Of a DNA stretch of 64,000 nt, positions 27,706-36,398 are shown piece by piece. The stretch lies in NCBI GenBank assembly GCA_031416315.1, contig JANOTL010000094.1, forward strand, positions 41,357 to 105,356, given 5' to 3'. Every line of letters begins with the position of its first letter. Position 1 is the first letter of the stretch. This DNA comes from Pseudomonadota bacterium. Lineage in GTDB: Bacteria; Bdellovibrionota_B; Oligoflexia; Oligoflexales; CAIYRB01. A model generated the notes under the pieces. That model made no database searches. It saw only the letters and a program-made list of their open reading frames with translations, and was not told the origin of the DNA. Both the position numbers and the translations under genes were made by a program.

Positions 27706-29088
27706 TCAGGAGTGAAGCGCTTGCATCGAATCATAGACCTGCGCCATCGCCGTTTCGAACGTCGCTTTCCATACAAAAGCCGACCTAAGCTCGGCGCAGC
27801 CGATGCCGGCCGAGCGCAGGACAGCGACCGTAGCGAGGCGCATATCAACGGCATCGTCGGCGGACGCCGCGCACGGAATGTCCTCTAGGCGCACCAAACG
27901 CTGCTCGCGACGGCCGCGCAACTCCACCACCCATCCTCGGGTCGGCACGTAGGCTGTACCGCCGCGGCGCAGATGCTGCCGAATCAACGGGCGCTGCGCG
28001 TCTCGGCAGAAGTAGACGATGTGCTTCGAGACGACGGCGGCGCGCGTCGCCGCGCAGAACACCGCTTGATCGCGGTCCCGCGCGTTCAGGATGAGCGTTC
28101 CGAAACGCCTGACGCGCGCCGCGAACAACTTGTCGACCTCCAGGACGTCGGCATCGGTCCACGCGCCGTTGGTGATCAAGCCGATGTCGCACCAATCGTA
28201 GCCCAAGCCGGAGCGCGCAACCTCGGCTCGATCCGTTTCCAGGACCGCGAACTCGATCTCCGGATCCGCCAGCACGCGGCGGGTCGACTCGGTGTCGACG
28301 CGCCAATCGTGCGAGTCGAGGAGCCCAACCTGACGCCCGAACGAGCGGAGTGTCGACGCGACGAGCTGTGCCACCTCGGCCCTGCCCGTCGTGCCCGCGA
28401 TCGCGACGATGGGGATGCGGCCGTTGCCCATCGCGCCGAACCATTCTTGGATCCGGCAAGGCGCCTCGTCGTCGTTCGGCCAACTCGGGTCGACTTTCGT
28501 CGGCAGGATGCGCCTCAGCTTCGACCCATGACCGAGTTGGATCTCGCCAGTCTCGAGCTGGAGCCAGGGAACCCCGGCGGCCTCCGCCGCTTGCAACAGA
28601 TCGACGACTTGCGGATGAAACGTCTCACCCGCGACGGCTTCGCGCGAGACCGCCACGAGCTCGCGGAGATCGCTGGCCGTGTCGCCGTCGTTCTCGCGAC
28701 TCGCACGGTCGACCAGCGCCAAGCTCAAACGAAGTTGCGACTCGACGAGCACGCGATCGTTGCCGTCGACGACTGCGTGCATCGATTCACCCAGGCCGAC
28801 GACGCAGCGTCCGACGCGACACCCGCGCGCCGAGCGAACGCCGAGGAGAGCGTGGGCGACGTGTTCCACGAGATGTCCGGAGTTATTTGATTGATGGCGG
28901 CAACGGTAGCGCTGCAGGCCGGGAACCGCGGCCTCGAGATGCCGCCTGATGGTAGCGATTTCGGAGGTCGTCAAGGCCATCAGCGAGCCGGAAATTAGCC
29001 TCGCGATCGTAACCGGCCGAGGCGCCAACAGATTCGGTCCCGATAGAAACGTGAACGTTGGATCGTTCATCTTGGTCCCCTCAGACAT
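27706..29088 (-). CDS. Cyanophycin synthetase (CphA)-like protein lacking the ATP-grasp domain; degenerate or pseudogene
   Basis: GPN, GHLVEHVAHAL and IQLGHG (N-domain) joined directly to GRIPIVAIAGTTG and FAVLET...GLGYDWCDIGLITN (Mur-like domain). Confidence 0.75.
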   Translation of the reverse strand: MSEGTKMNDPTFTFLSGPNLLAPRPVTIARLISGSLMALTTSEIATIRRHLEAAVPGLQRYRCRHQSNNSGHLVEHVAHALLGVRSARGCRVGRCVVGLGESMHAVVDGNDRVLVESQLRLSLALVDRASRENDGDTASDLRELVAVSREAVAGETFHPQVVDLLQAAEAAGVPWLQLETGEIQLGHGSKLRRILPTKVDPSWPNDDEAPCRIQEWFGAMGNGRIPIVAIAGTTGRAEVAQLVASTLRSFGRQVGLLDSHDWRVDTESTRRVLADPEIEFAVLETDRAEVARSGLGYDWCDIGLITNGAWTDADVLEVDKLFAARVRRFGTLILNARDRDQAVFCAATRAAVVSKHIVYFCRDAQRPLIRQHLRRGGTAYVPTRGWVVELRGRREQRLVRLEDIPCAASADDAVDMRLATVAVLRSAGIGCAELRSAFVWKATFETAMAQVYDSMQALHS

Positions 29089-29410
29089 GCATCAAAGGGG
29101 TACCAGTTTTGGCCATTTTCATAACGACAAACCTGCTTGAAGCGAACACGATGTGTTGCGAATGCGGTCAACGTAGCGAGTTCGCTTCATGGGTGCTCAC
29201 ACCCATATCACTGGTCGCGATTGGCCTCGGTGGGCAGTAGGCCTGCCGTCGGTAAAACAATCTTCGCGGTCCGGAGATTTTCCACCGCTCGGCGCCGTCG
29301 CCGACTTGTCCCTCCAAAAGGACCCGACGGAGCAAAGGCGGCGTGGTCGGTGGCCGTCTCTTTCTGGGCCTCGAACCGGACGACGGCCAAAGGCAAGGTC
29401 CTCGCCATCT

Positions 29411-30208
29411 CTAGGAATCCGGCTCCGGCTCGACCTTGGTCACCGGAAAGAACTGGACGTTGACCTGATAGAGCGCGGTCCGTCGCTCGCTCGCGAGAAA
29501 ATCGCCGAGCTGCTCCAGGAACTCGCCGATCATCTGCTTCGCGCGCGGAACCTTGGCGGGATCCATCGCCGTCATCATCGAGGTGATGCAGCGGAGCTCG
29601 TAGGGGACCTCGGTGAGCGCCGCGACCGCTTTCTCGCCGATTTCGCGCTGATGGCATTGCAAGACCATGAGGTCGAGCGCTCTTTCTTGGGTGGAGAACC
29701 GCGCCGCGGCCTTAACCCAGCGTTTGCCCACGGGCTCGACGAACCCGGCAGCCTCGAGCCGGCGCAGCGCGGCCCGCACGGCGTTGACCGAGAGCCCGAG
29801 ACGATCGGCGAACCACGCCTCGCCGACGTCGGCGTCATCCAAGGCGCAGGCCTCGAGGACGCTCATGCAGGTCACGTCGGCGACGCCGTTGAAAATCTCT
29901 GGCGAGACCTCGGTCGCGGCGGGCTTCACGGCGGACTCGCCGTGGTGCGCGAGCTGGCGCTCGACGCGCTCTCTCGAGACCGAGATCAGGAAGAGGCGGC
30001 GCGTCTCGTCGGAGACGCCCAAAGCATCGATCACCGTGTGGGACGCGGCGATCGAAAGATCTTGTTTCCCCGAGAGCACCCGGCTCAGGGCGCTCGGGTG
30101 GAGTCCGAGCTGACGCGCGAAAGCCCGCAGCGAATAGCGCGGATTCTTCGCAATGCGTCGCCGAAACTCCGTCGCGAGGAGGCTCAGATGGTAGGGCTTG
30201 GTGTTCAA
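29411..30208 (-). CDS. TIGR02147/DUF4423-like HTH protein
   Basis: RRIAKNPRYSLRAFARQLG...LSRVLSGK and C-terminal LYQVNVQFFP. Confidence 0.85.
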   Translation of the reverse strand: MNTKPYHLSLLATEFRRRIAKNPRYSLRAFARQLGLHPSALSRVLSGKQDLSIAASHTVIDALGVSDETRRLFLISVSRERVERQLAHHGESAVKPAATEVSPEIFNGVADVTCMSVLEACALDDADVGEAWFADRLGLSVNAVRAALRRLEAAGFVEPVGKRWVKAAARFSTQERALDLMVLQCHQREIGEKAVAALTEVPYELRCITSMMTAMDPAKVPRAKQMIGEFLEQLGDFLASERRTALYQVNVQFFPVTKVEPEPDS

Positions 30209-30380
30209 CGCTGCGCCGCCGCCCCTTTTCCCAGCTCATTGCGCATTCGGAGTGACGAATATCAGGTCGACTCGACGAGCCGACCGTCCTTCGTTGAGTC
30301 TCATGTTTTTTATCTGTTGACGTGAAAAAAAAACAGGCCGTCTCTCAACCCAACGGCGTAAGGCTATGGATTAAGTGTTT

Positions 30381-31151
30381 TTACTTGCCCGATGCCGGGC
30401 GTTCGTTCTTGCGCCGACGCCTTTCGAAAGCCATCAGGCCGTCGAACTCGTAAGGCCGGAACGCGACGTAGAGGCAGCTCACCTCGGCTCTTTGCGTGGC
30501 GTCGCCGGTATCCAGTGCCGAGAGGGCATCCATCTCGGTGAACACCTTGAGCAGCTTCTTGTTGAGCGCCGCCTGCGAGGCGACGCCTAGGCGGCGGGTC
30601 GCGAACTTCGCCAGGTCGAGCTCGCCGTCGAACTTGCCGGCGAGGAAGCGGCGTCGAATCTCGTCCTCGTACTCAGCGCGTAGGGGACCTCGCGGCCGCC
30701 ACGCGATGCTGCGAGAGACCAACATCCTGATCTTGCCTCCAGGCAGGCGGTCGAGGAGGCGGAGCTCGTCCAGCTCCCGCAGCCAGCGCTCGGCTTCCTG
30801 CATGCTGACCGCGTAGGAGGCGACGATCTTCGCGACGGTGCCGCCGAAGAGCAGCAGGTGAAAGAACGAGAAGAGGCGTCGGTCGGCCGCAAGCGTCGTT
30901 TCCTGCTCCAAGGTCAGGAGCCCCGGCTCGGCCGCGGCCTCGGTCGCCGCCAGCTTCGCGACGTCGAGCATCGTCAGCTCGAGGACCGCGAGGATGTCCT
31001 CCAAGCGTTTGAGCGTCAGCGCCTCCCGCGAGAAGAGCCGCTTGACGCTCGATTCGCTGAGCTCGAGGCGCGCCGCCAACTCCCCGTAACTCATGCCCTT
31101 CGCCTTCAGGCACTGCTTGATCGCGTGAAGGAAGGCGCTGGACTCGGGCAT
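30381..31151 (-). CDS. XRE-family HTH transcriptional regulator
   Basis: GMSYGELAARLELSESSVKRLFS; GAGG RBS. Confidence 0.85.
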   Translation of the reverse strand: MPESSAFLHAIKQCLKAKGMSYGELAARLELSESSVKRLFSREALTLKRLEDILAVLELTMLDVAKLAATEAAAEPGLLTLEQETTLAADRRLFSFFHLLLFGGTVAKIVASYAVSMQEAERWLRELDELRLLDRLPGGKIRMLVSRSIAWRPRGPLRAEYEDEIRRRFLAGKFDGELDLAKFATRRLGVASQAALNKKLLKVFTEMDALSALDTGDATQRAEVSCLYVAFRPYEFDGLMAFERRRRKNERPASGK

Positions 31152-31162
31152 CGGTACCTCTG

Positions 31163-31179
31163 GTAGCACCAAATGCTAC
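31163..31179. promoter_or_regulatory. Palindromic operator candidate
   Basis: GTAGCA-CCAAA-TGCTAC in an AT-rich divergent promoter region. Confidence 0.55.
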
Positions 31180-31244
31180 TAAATGAATGAGTATTGTTAA
31201 GTGATATGCGACCTCGTATTCTGGGACAAGCAAAAGGAGCCCCG

Positions 31245-31604
31245 ATGCCCCCGCAAATCGTCACCGTCCTAGCCCTGCTGATCGCCGCCGAGCACCTCGG
31301 CTTCATGGCCCTGGAGACCCTCTTCTGGACCAAGCCGCTCGGCCTGCGCATCTTCGGCCAAACCGAGGCTCAGGCCGTCGCCTCAGCGGCTTTGGCCGCG
31401 AACCAAGGCCTTTACAACGGCTTTCTGGCCGCCGGCCTGGCCTACGCCGTCTTCGTCGGCGACGCGCGCTTCACCAACTTTTTCCTCGGCTCGGTCGCGG
31501 TCGCCGGAATCTTCGGGGCGGCGACCGTCAGCAAGCGCATCTTCTTCGTTCAGGCGGTGCCGGCTTTGATCGCGCTGGCGCTCTCACTTCTGACCAAAGT
31601 TTGA
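31245..31604 (+). CDS. DUF1304 membrane protein
   Basis: EH..F..LE..FW, ANQGLYNGFLAAGL, QAVPA. Confidence 0.9.
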   Translation: MPPQIVTVLALLIAAEHLGFMALETLFWTKPLGLRIFGQTEAQAVASAALAANQGLYNGFLAAGLAYAVFVGDARFTNFFLGSVAVAGIFGAATVSKRIFFVQAVPALIALALSLLTKV

Positions 31605-31620
31605 GTCGCGGTCGCGACGA

Positions 31621-32421
31621 TTACCCGTGCCGCCCCTCGAGATAAGCCGAAGTAATCGGATGCCGCGGCCCCGAGAAAAGCTGCGCCGTCGGCCCATGCT
31701 CCACCAACCGCCCGACGCCATCGGTGGTCCACAGCAAGGCAGTCAGATCCGAGACGCGCCGCGCCTGCGCGAGGTTGTGCGTCACGATCACGACGGTGAA
31801 GCGTCGACGCAGCTCCTTGATGTGGGCCTCGACCACGCCGCTCGCGATCGGGTCGAGCGCACTGCACGGCTCGTCGAGGAGGATCACGTCGGGCTTCAGC
31901 GCGATGGCGCGCGCGATGCACAAGCGCTGCTGCTGGCCGCCGGAAAGCGCCAGCGCCGAAGTGCCCAATCGGTCCTTGACCTCGTGCCAAAGGCCCACGT
32001 CGCGCAAAGCGCCTTCGATGGTCTCGGCGACGAGCGCGCGATCCTTGATGCCGTGCTGCGCCAGTGTGAGCGCCATGTTCTTCCAGATGGAAAGCGGAAA
32101 CGGCGTCGGCTTCTGAAAGACCATGCCGACGCGGCGGCGCAGCGCCAGGACGTCGGTCTTCGGATCGAGGACCTCCAGCTCGCCGATGCGGATGCGACCG
32201 CCGACGCGGCTTCCTGGGACGTCGTCCGTCAAGCGGTTGAGGCAGGCGAGCAAGCTCGATTTGCCGCAACCCGAGGGCCCGATGATCGCGGTGATCGAGC
32301 AGGAGGGCACGTTCAGGCTCAATGCTTCGAGCGCGGGGCGCGAGGCATAGGAGACGGAGAGATTCTCCACGCATATGAACGGCACGTCGAAGACGATGCA
32401 GACGCCGCCATCGCATTTCAT
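31621..32421 (-). CDS. pstB: Phosphate ABC transporter ATPase
   Basis: GPSGCGKS, VGMVFQKPTPFP, LSGGQQQRLCIARA, DEPCSALDP. Confidence 0.95.
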   Translation of the reverse strand: MKCDGGVCIVFDVPFICVENLSVSYASRPALEALSLNVPSCSITAIIGPSGCGKSSLLACLNRLTDDVPGSRVGGRIRIGELEVLDPKTDVLALRRRVGMVFQKPTPFPLSIWKNMALTLAQHGIKDRALVAETIEGALRDVGLWHEVKDRLGTSALALSGGQQQRLCIARAIALKPDVILLDEPCSALDPIASGVVEAHIKELRRRFTVVIVTHNLAQARRVSDLTALLWTTDGVGRLVEHGPTAQLFSGPRHPITSAYLEGRHG

Positions 32422-33260
32422 ACCGAAAGCCTCCGTTCCAGGACCCGGCGCGCGGTCACCGACGCGAGCGCGTTGATCGTCAGCAGGACGAGAATGAGCG
32501 TGAGACTGGTAGCATAGGCGGTCGCATCGCCTCCCGCCACGTTCATCGACAGGTCGAAGATGTGGATCGACAGCGAGCGCCCCGAATCCATTAGCGATTC
32601 GGGCATGCGGTCGACGTAGCCGCTGGTGTAGACGAGCGCCGCCGTCTCCGCGATCGCGCGCCCCAGGCCCAGCACGAGCCCGACGATCACAGCCGGCGCG
32701 GCGGCCGGCAAAAGCAGGTGCCAAAGCGTCGCGGACCGGGAGTAGGCGAGCGCGCTCGCGGCGTTGCGCGTCTCGGGCGGGACGGCGCGCAGGCCTTCCT
32801 CCGTCGTGCGGATCAGGATCGGCAGGACCATGCAGGCCAGCGTCAAACCGCCCGACAGGATGGAGAATCCGAGGCCCAGCGTCTTGCAGAAAAAGGCGTT
32901 GCCGAAGAGGCCGAAAACGATCGACGGCACCGCCGCGAGCCCGTCGAGGCTCAGCTGCACGAGGCGGCCGAAGACGCCGCCTCGGCGCGTCAGCTCGGTG
33001 AGGAAGACGGCGGTCGCGAGCCCGAGCGGCAGCGCCACCGCCATCGTCACCGCGAGAATGAGCCCCGTCGAAGCGAGGATCGGCCCGATGCCGCCTTCGC
33101 GCCCGGCGTTGCGCGGCGCGGTCGTCAGGAACGCCCAGTCGAGCCGCCCAGCGCCGTGGCGCAACAGTTCGAAGACGATCAGCGCGAGCACGACCGTGAC
33201 GCCGAGCGCGGCCGCCCAGGCAAACGCGGCGAGGACGGCGTCAGCGCGCCGGCTGCGCAC
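32418..33260 (-). CDS. pstA: Phosphate ABC transporter permease
   Basis: GGIGP, VPSIVFGLFG, RTTEEGLRAVP, GRAIAETA. Confidence 0.93.
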   Translation of the reverse strand: MRSRRADAVLAAFAWAAALGVTVVLALIVFELLRHGAGRLDWAFLTTAPRNAGREGGIGPILASTGLILAVTMAVALPLGLATAVFLTELTRRGGVFGRLVQLSLDGLAAVPSIVFGLFGNAFFCKTLGLGFSILSGGLTLACMVLPILIRTTEEGLRAVPPETRNAASALAYSRSATLWHLLLPAAAPAVIVGLVLGLGRAIAETAALVYTSGYVDRMPESLMDSGRSLSIHIFDLSMNVAGGDATAYATSLTLILVLLTINALASVTARRVLERRLSV

Positions 33261-34089
33261 GGCTCACTCCTTCCGCGGCGAGCAAGAGAAGAAGAACCAC
33301 GATCATCAGCAGCAGGCCGCTGACGAAGAGCGCGGCGCGATGATCGCCGGTGGCATAGGCCATCTCGAGCGCAATGTTTGCCGTAAGCGTCCGCACCGGG
33401 TCGAAAAGGCTCTGCGGAAATTGCACGATGTTGCCGCACACCATGAGGACCGCCATGGTCTCGCCGAGCGCGCGGCCCGTCTGCAGGATGCAGGCGGTGC
33501 AGAGACCCGAGCGTGCCGACGGCAGCACGGCGAGGCGCAAAGTTCCCCATTTGCCGAGCCCGAGCGCGCGCGCGTTGGCGACGAGCTCTCTCGGCACGGC
33601 CGCGAAGCTCGCGTCGGCGGCAAGCGCCACGGTCGGTAGGACCATGAGGGCCAAGATCGCAATGCCGGCGAGGAGGCTCGCGCCGGGAGGGTGCACGGCG
33701 TTGATCTTCGGGACCAGCACGACGAGGCCCCAAAAACCGTAGACGACGGACGGAATGCCGGCGAGGAGCTCGAGCGCGCGGCGAAAGAGCGTCGCCACGC
33801 CCCGCGGCGCGAAAAAATGCGTGAAGACGGCGCACAGCACCCCGAGCGGCGCCGCGATCCCTACGGCGCCGAGCGTCACGAGGAGCGAGCCCGCGAGCAT
33901 CGGCGTCATTTGATAGAGGCCCGAGCTCGGAGACCAGAGGGCGTCGCGGAGGAAGCGGAGGGGTCCGATCTTCGCGACGAGCGGCAGGGCCTCGGTCGCG
34001 AGAAAACAGACGATGAGCGCCAAGGTCGCGGCGGCGGTGCACGCGGCGGCGCGGAGGGCCCAGGTCAGAATCCGGTCGCGGCGCGGCAC
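33241..34089 (-). CDS. pstC: Phosphate ABC transporter permease
   Basis: ELLAGIPSVVYGFWG, GRALGETMAVLMVCGN. Confidence 0.93.
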   Translation of the reverse strand: MPRRDRILTWALRAAACTAAATLALIVCFLATEALPLVAKIGPLRFLRDALWSPSSGLYQMTPMLAGSLLVTLGAVGIAAPLGVLCAVFTHFFAPRGVATLFRRALELLAGIPSVVYGFWGLVVLVPKINAVHPPGASLLAGIAILALMVLPTVALAADASFAAVPRELVANARALGLGKWGTLRLAVLPSARSGLCTACILQTGRALGETMAVLMVCGNIVQFPQSLFDPVRTLTANIALEMAYATGDHRAALFVSGLLLMIVVLLLLLAAEGVSRAQPAR

Positions 34090-34167
34090 AATTTGCTCCC
34101 ATTCTCGCGGCCTTTCATATTACATGGACCCGCCCGCGTCCGATCCAGTTTTTTCCGTGGAGCCTCC

Positions 34168-34995
34168 ATGCGCCGTTGCCTCTCGACCGTCTTCCTGGCC
34201 GCCAGTTTCGTCGCCGTCTCTCCGATCGTCGCCGCCGCCGAGCCGAAAAAGCTCGTGATCACCGGCTCCAGCACCGTCGCGCCCTTGATGGCGGAAATCG
34301 CGAAAAAGTTCGAGGCGACGCACCCGGGCACCCGGATCGACGTGCAGTCCGGCGGCTCATCGCGCGGCGTCACCGACGTGCGCCAGGGCACGGCCGACAT
34401 CGGCATGGTGTCCCGGCCCTTGAATCCGGACGAAAGCGAGCTCCGGTCCTTCACGATCGCGATGGACGGCGTCACCGTCATCCTGAACAAGGCGAATCCG
34501 GTGCAAGTCCTGACGAGAGAGCAGATCGTCGCCATCTACACCGGCCAGACGCGCAACTGGAAGATGGTCGGCGGCCCCGATCAGCCGATCGTCGTGGTCA
34601 ACAAGGCCGAGGGGCGCTCGACGCTCGAGCTCTTCCTGCAGCACTTCGCTTTGAAAGCCCCCGACGTCAAAGCGGCGATCATCATCGGCGACAACGCGCA
34701 GGGCATCAAGACCGTCGCCGGCAATCCGCAGGCGATCGGCTACGTCTCCATCGGCTCGGCGGAGTACGAGGCCGGTCACGGCGCCGCTATCAAGCTCTTG
34801 CCGCTCGGCGGCGTCGCGCCTTCGATGGATTCGGTGCGCGCCGGCGCCTTCCCGCTCGCGCGCCCGCTCAACCTCGTGACCAAGCAGGAGCCGACCGGCC
34901 TCGCGAAGGCGCTGATCGACTTCGCCCGCTCGGCGGCGGCCGACGAAATCGTCAAAGAGCAGTTCTTCGTGCCGCTCGCCAGAACTGCGGGATGA
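34168..34995 (+). CDS. pstS: Phosphate ABC transporter substrate-binding protein
   Basis: Signal peptide, ITGSSTVAP, GGSSRG, DIGMVSR, AIGYVS. Confidence 0.9.
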   Translation: MRRCLSTVFLAASFVAVSPIVAAAEPKKLVITGSSTVAPLMAEIAKKFEATHPGTRIDVQSGGSSRGVTDVRQGTADIGMVSRPLNPDESELRSFTIAMDGVTVILNKANPVQVLTREQIVAIYTGQTRNWKMVGGPDQPIVVVNKAEGRSTLELFLQHFALKAPDVKAAIIIGDNAQGIKTVAGNPQAIGYVSIGSAEYEAGHGAAIKLLPLGGVAPSMDSVRAGAFPLARPLNLVTKQEPTGLAKALIDFARSAAADEIVKEQFFVPLARTAG

Positions 34996-36285
34996 TCAGA
35001 GCTGCGTCCCGAGCAAGGACGCAGCCCACTCGATCGCTTTCTCCTTCAAAGGCCGCGCCTCCCACTCCTCGAACGTAACGCAGTGAGTCTTCTTCTTGTC
35101 GCTCGCGAACGTCGCCGTCTCCCGCGCGCCGACGGCCGGGTCGACGACGTTCATGTTCGCCTCGTCGTTCAGGCGAAACGAGCGGTTGTCGAAGTTGGTC
35201 GAGCCGACGGAGACGAAGGCGTCGTCCACGATCATCACCTTCGCGTGGTACATGGTCGGCTGATACTCGCAGATCTCCACTCCCGCGCTCAGGAGCGGGC
35301 CCCAAACGGCGCGCGAGGCACGACGCGCGGCGGGAACGTCCGTAAGAGCGCTGGGGACGATCACCTCGACCGAGACGCCACGCTTGCGCGCGGAGAGAAG
35401 GTGCTTGATCGCCAACTCGTCGGGGACGAAGTAGGCGTTGCCAATCCGGACGGACTTCGTCGCGCTTGCGATCGCGAGCATGTACATCAGACGTATCGTT
35501 TCGTCGCCGGAGCCGGCAGCGCTGGTGAAGACCTGCGCATGGCTCTGGCCCGCCGCGACCAACGGCGGAAAATACGTATCGCCATGGAGCAGCTTGGGCC
35601 GCGTCTTCATCCAGTTGAGCAGGAATGCCGACTGCATCTGACCGACCACCGGCCCCTCGACGCGAAAGTGCGCGTCACGCCAGTGCTCGAAGTCCTGGGC
35701 GTGACCGCGCCATTTGTCGGCGACGCCGACGCCGCCGGTGAAGCCGAGCCGCCCGTCGACGACCAGGAGGCGCCGGTGCGTGCGATTGTTCACGCGATCC
35801 AGGTCGTACCAGCGCAGCGGCCGATAGGCCTCGACCTCGATGCCGGCGGCCTCCATCGAGGTGACGAAGGACTCGTCCACCTCCGTGCTGCCGAGCCAGT
35901 CGAACAAGAGGTGCACTTTGACGCCGGCCTTCGCGCGGTCGATCAGGGCCTCCGTGAACCGCGTGCCGATCTCGCCCTTCCAATAGATGTAGATCTCGAA
36001 CGTGATCGTCTTTTTCGCGCTCTTGATGGCCTCGAGCATCGCGGGAAAGATCTCGTCGCCGTTCTGCAAGGCGTCAATGCGGTTTCCGGCGACCAGCGGA
36101 GCCCCGAGAAGCCGGGTCAAGGCGCGATCGAATTCTTCGGTGCCGACGGCATACAGCGGCTCGATCTCGGCCACGAGCCGGGGCTTGCCGGACGACAGAT
36201 TAAAGACCAGGAGCAGAATGAGCGCTCCGCCGATCGCGCCGCCGATAATGAGGGGAAGGCGGCGCATCCTAGCGTACAACTTCAC
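34996..36285 (-). CDS. cls: Cardiolipin synthase / phospholipase D family; start may be ATG at 36267
   Basis: NGDEIFPAML, RTHRRLLVVDG, WRD, YFVP, HAKVMIVDD...GSTNFDNRS. Confidence 0.9.
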   Translation of the reverse strand: MKLYARMRRLPLIIGGAIGGALILLLVFNLSSGKPRLVAEIEPLYAVGTEEFDRALTRLLGAPLVAGNRIDALQNGDEIFPAMLEAIKSAKKTITFEIYIYWKGEIGTRFTEALIDRAKAGVKVHLLFDWLGSTEVDESFVTSMEAAGIEVEAYRPLRWYDLDRVNNRTHRRLLVVDGRLGFTGGVGVADKWRGHAQDFEHWRDAHFRVEGPVVGQMQSAFLLNWMKTRPKLLHGDTYFPPLVAAGQSHAQVFTSAAGSGDETIRLMYMLAIASATKSVRIGNAYFVPDELAIKHLLSARKRGVSVEVIVPSALTDVPAARRASRAVWGPLLSAGVEICEYQPTMYHAKVMIVDDAFVSVGSTNFDNRSFRLNDEANMNVVDPAVGARETATFASDKKKTHCVTFEEWEARPLKEKAIEWAASLLGTQL

Positions 36286-36338
36286 ATGCTGATGGGACGA
36301 CCATGGCGATTGCTCCTTGGGGCGGTGTCGCTCCCTAT

Positions 36339-36354
36339 TGCAAGCGGCTTGCCA
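36339..36354 (-). promoter_or_regulatory. Putative sigma54 promoter
   Basis: Minus strand TGGCAAGCCGCTTGCA upstream of cls. Confidence 0.65.
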
Positions 36355-36398
36355 AATAGCCGCTGCGCCGTCGCGCCGTTCTGGACTATGCTGTGCGC

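Noticed and set aside
30300..30340. T6 and A9 tracts with TTGACG
   Set aside because: Probably ordinary AT-rich promoter DNA; no evidence of phase variation
34105..34135. Possible PHO box between pstC and pstS
   Set aside because: TTCATATTACAT does not form a convincing 11-bp-spaced direct repeat
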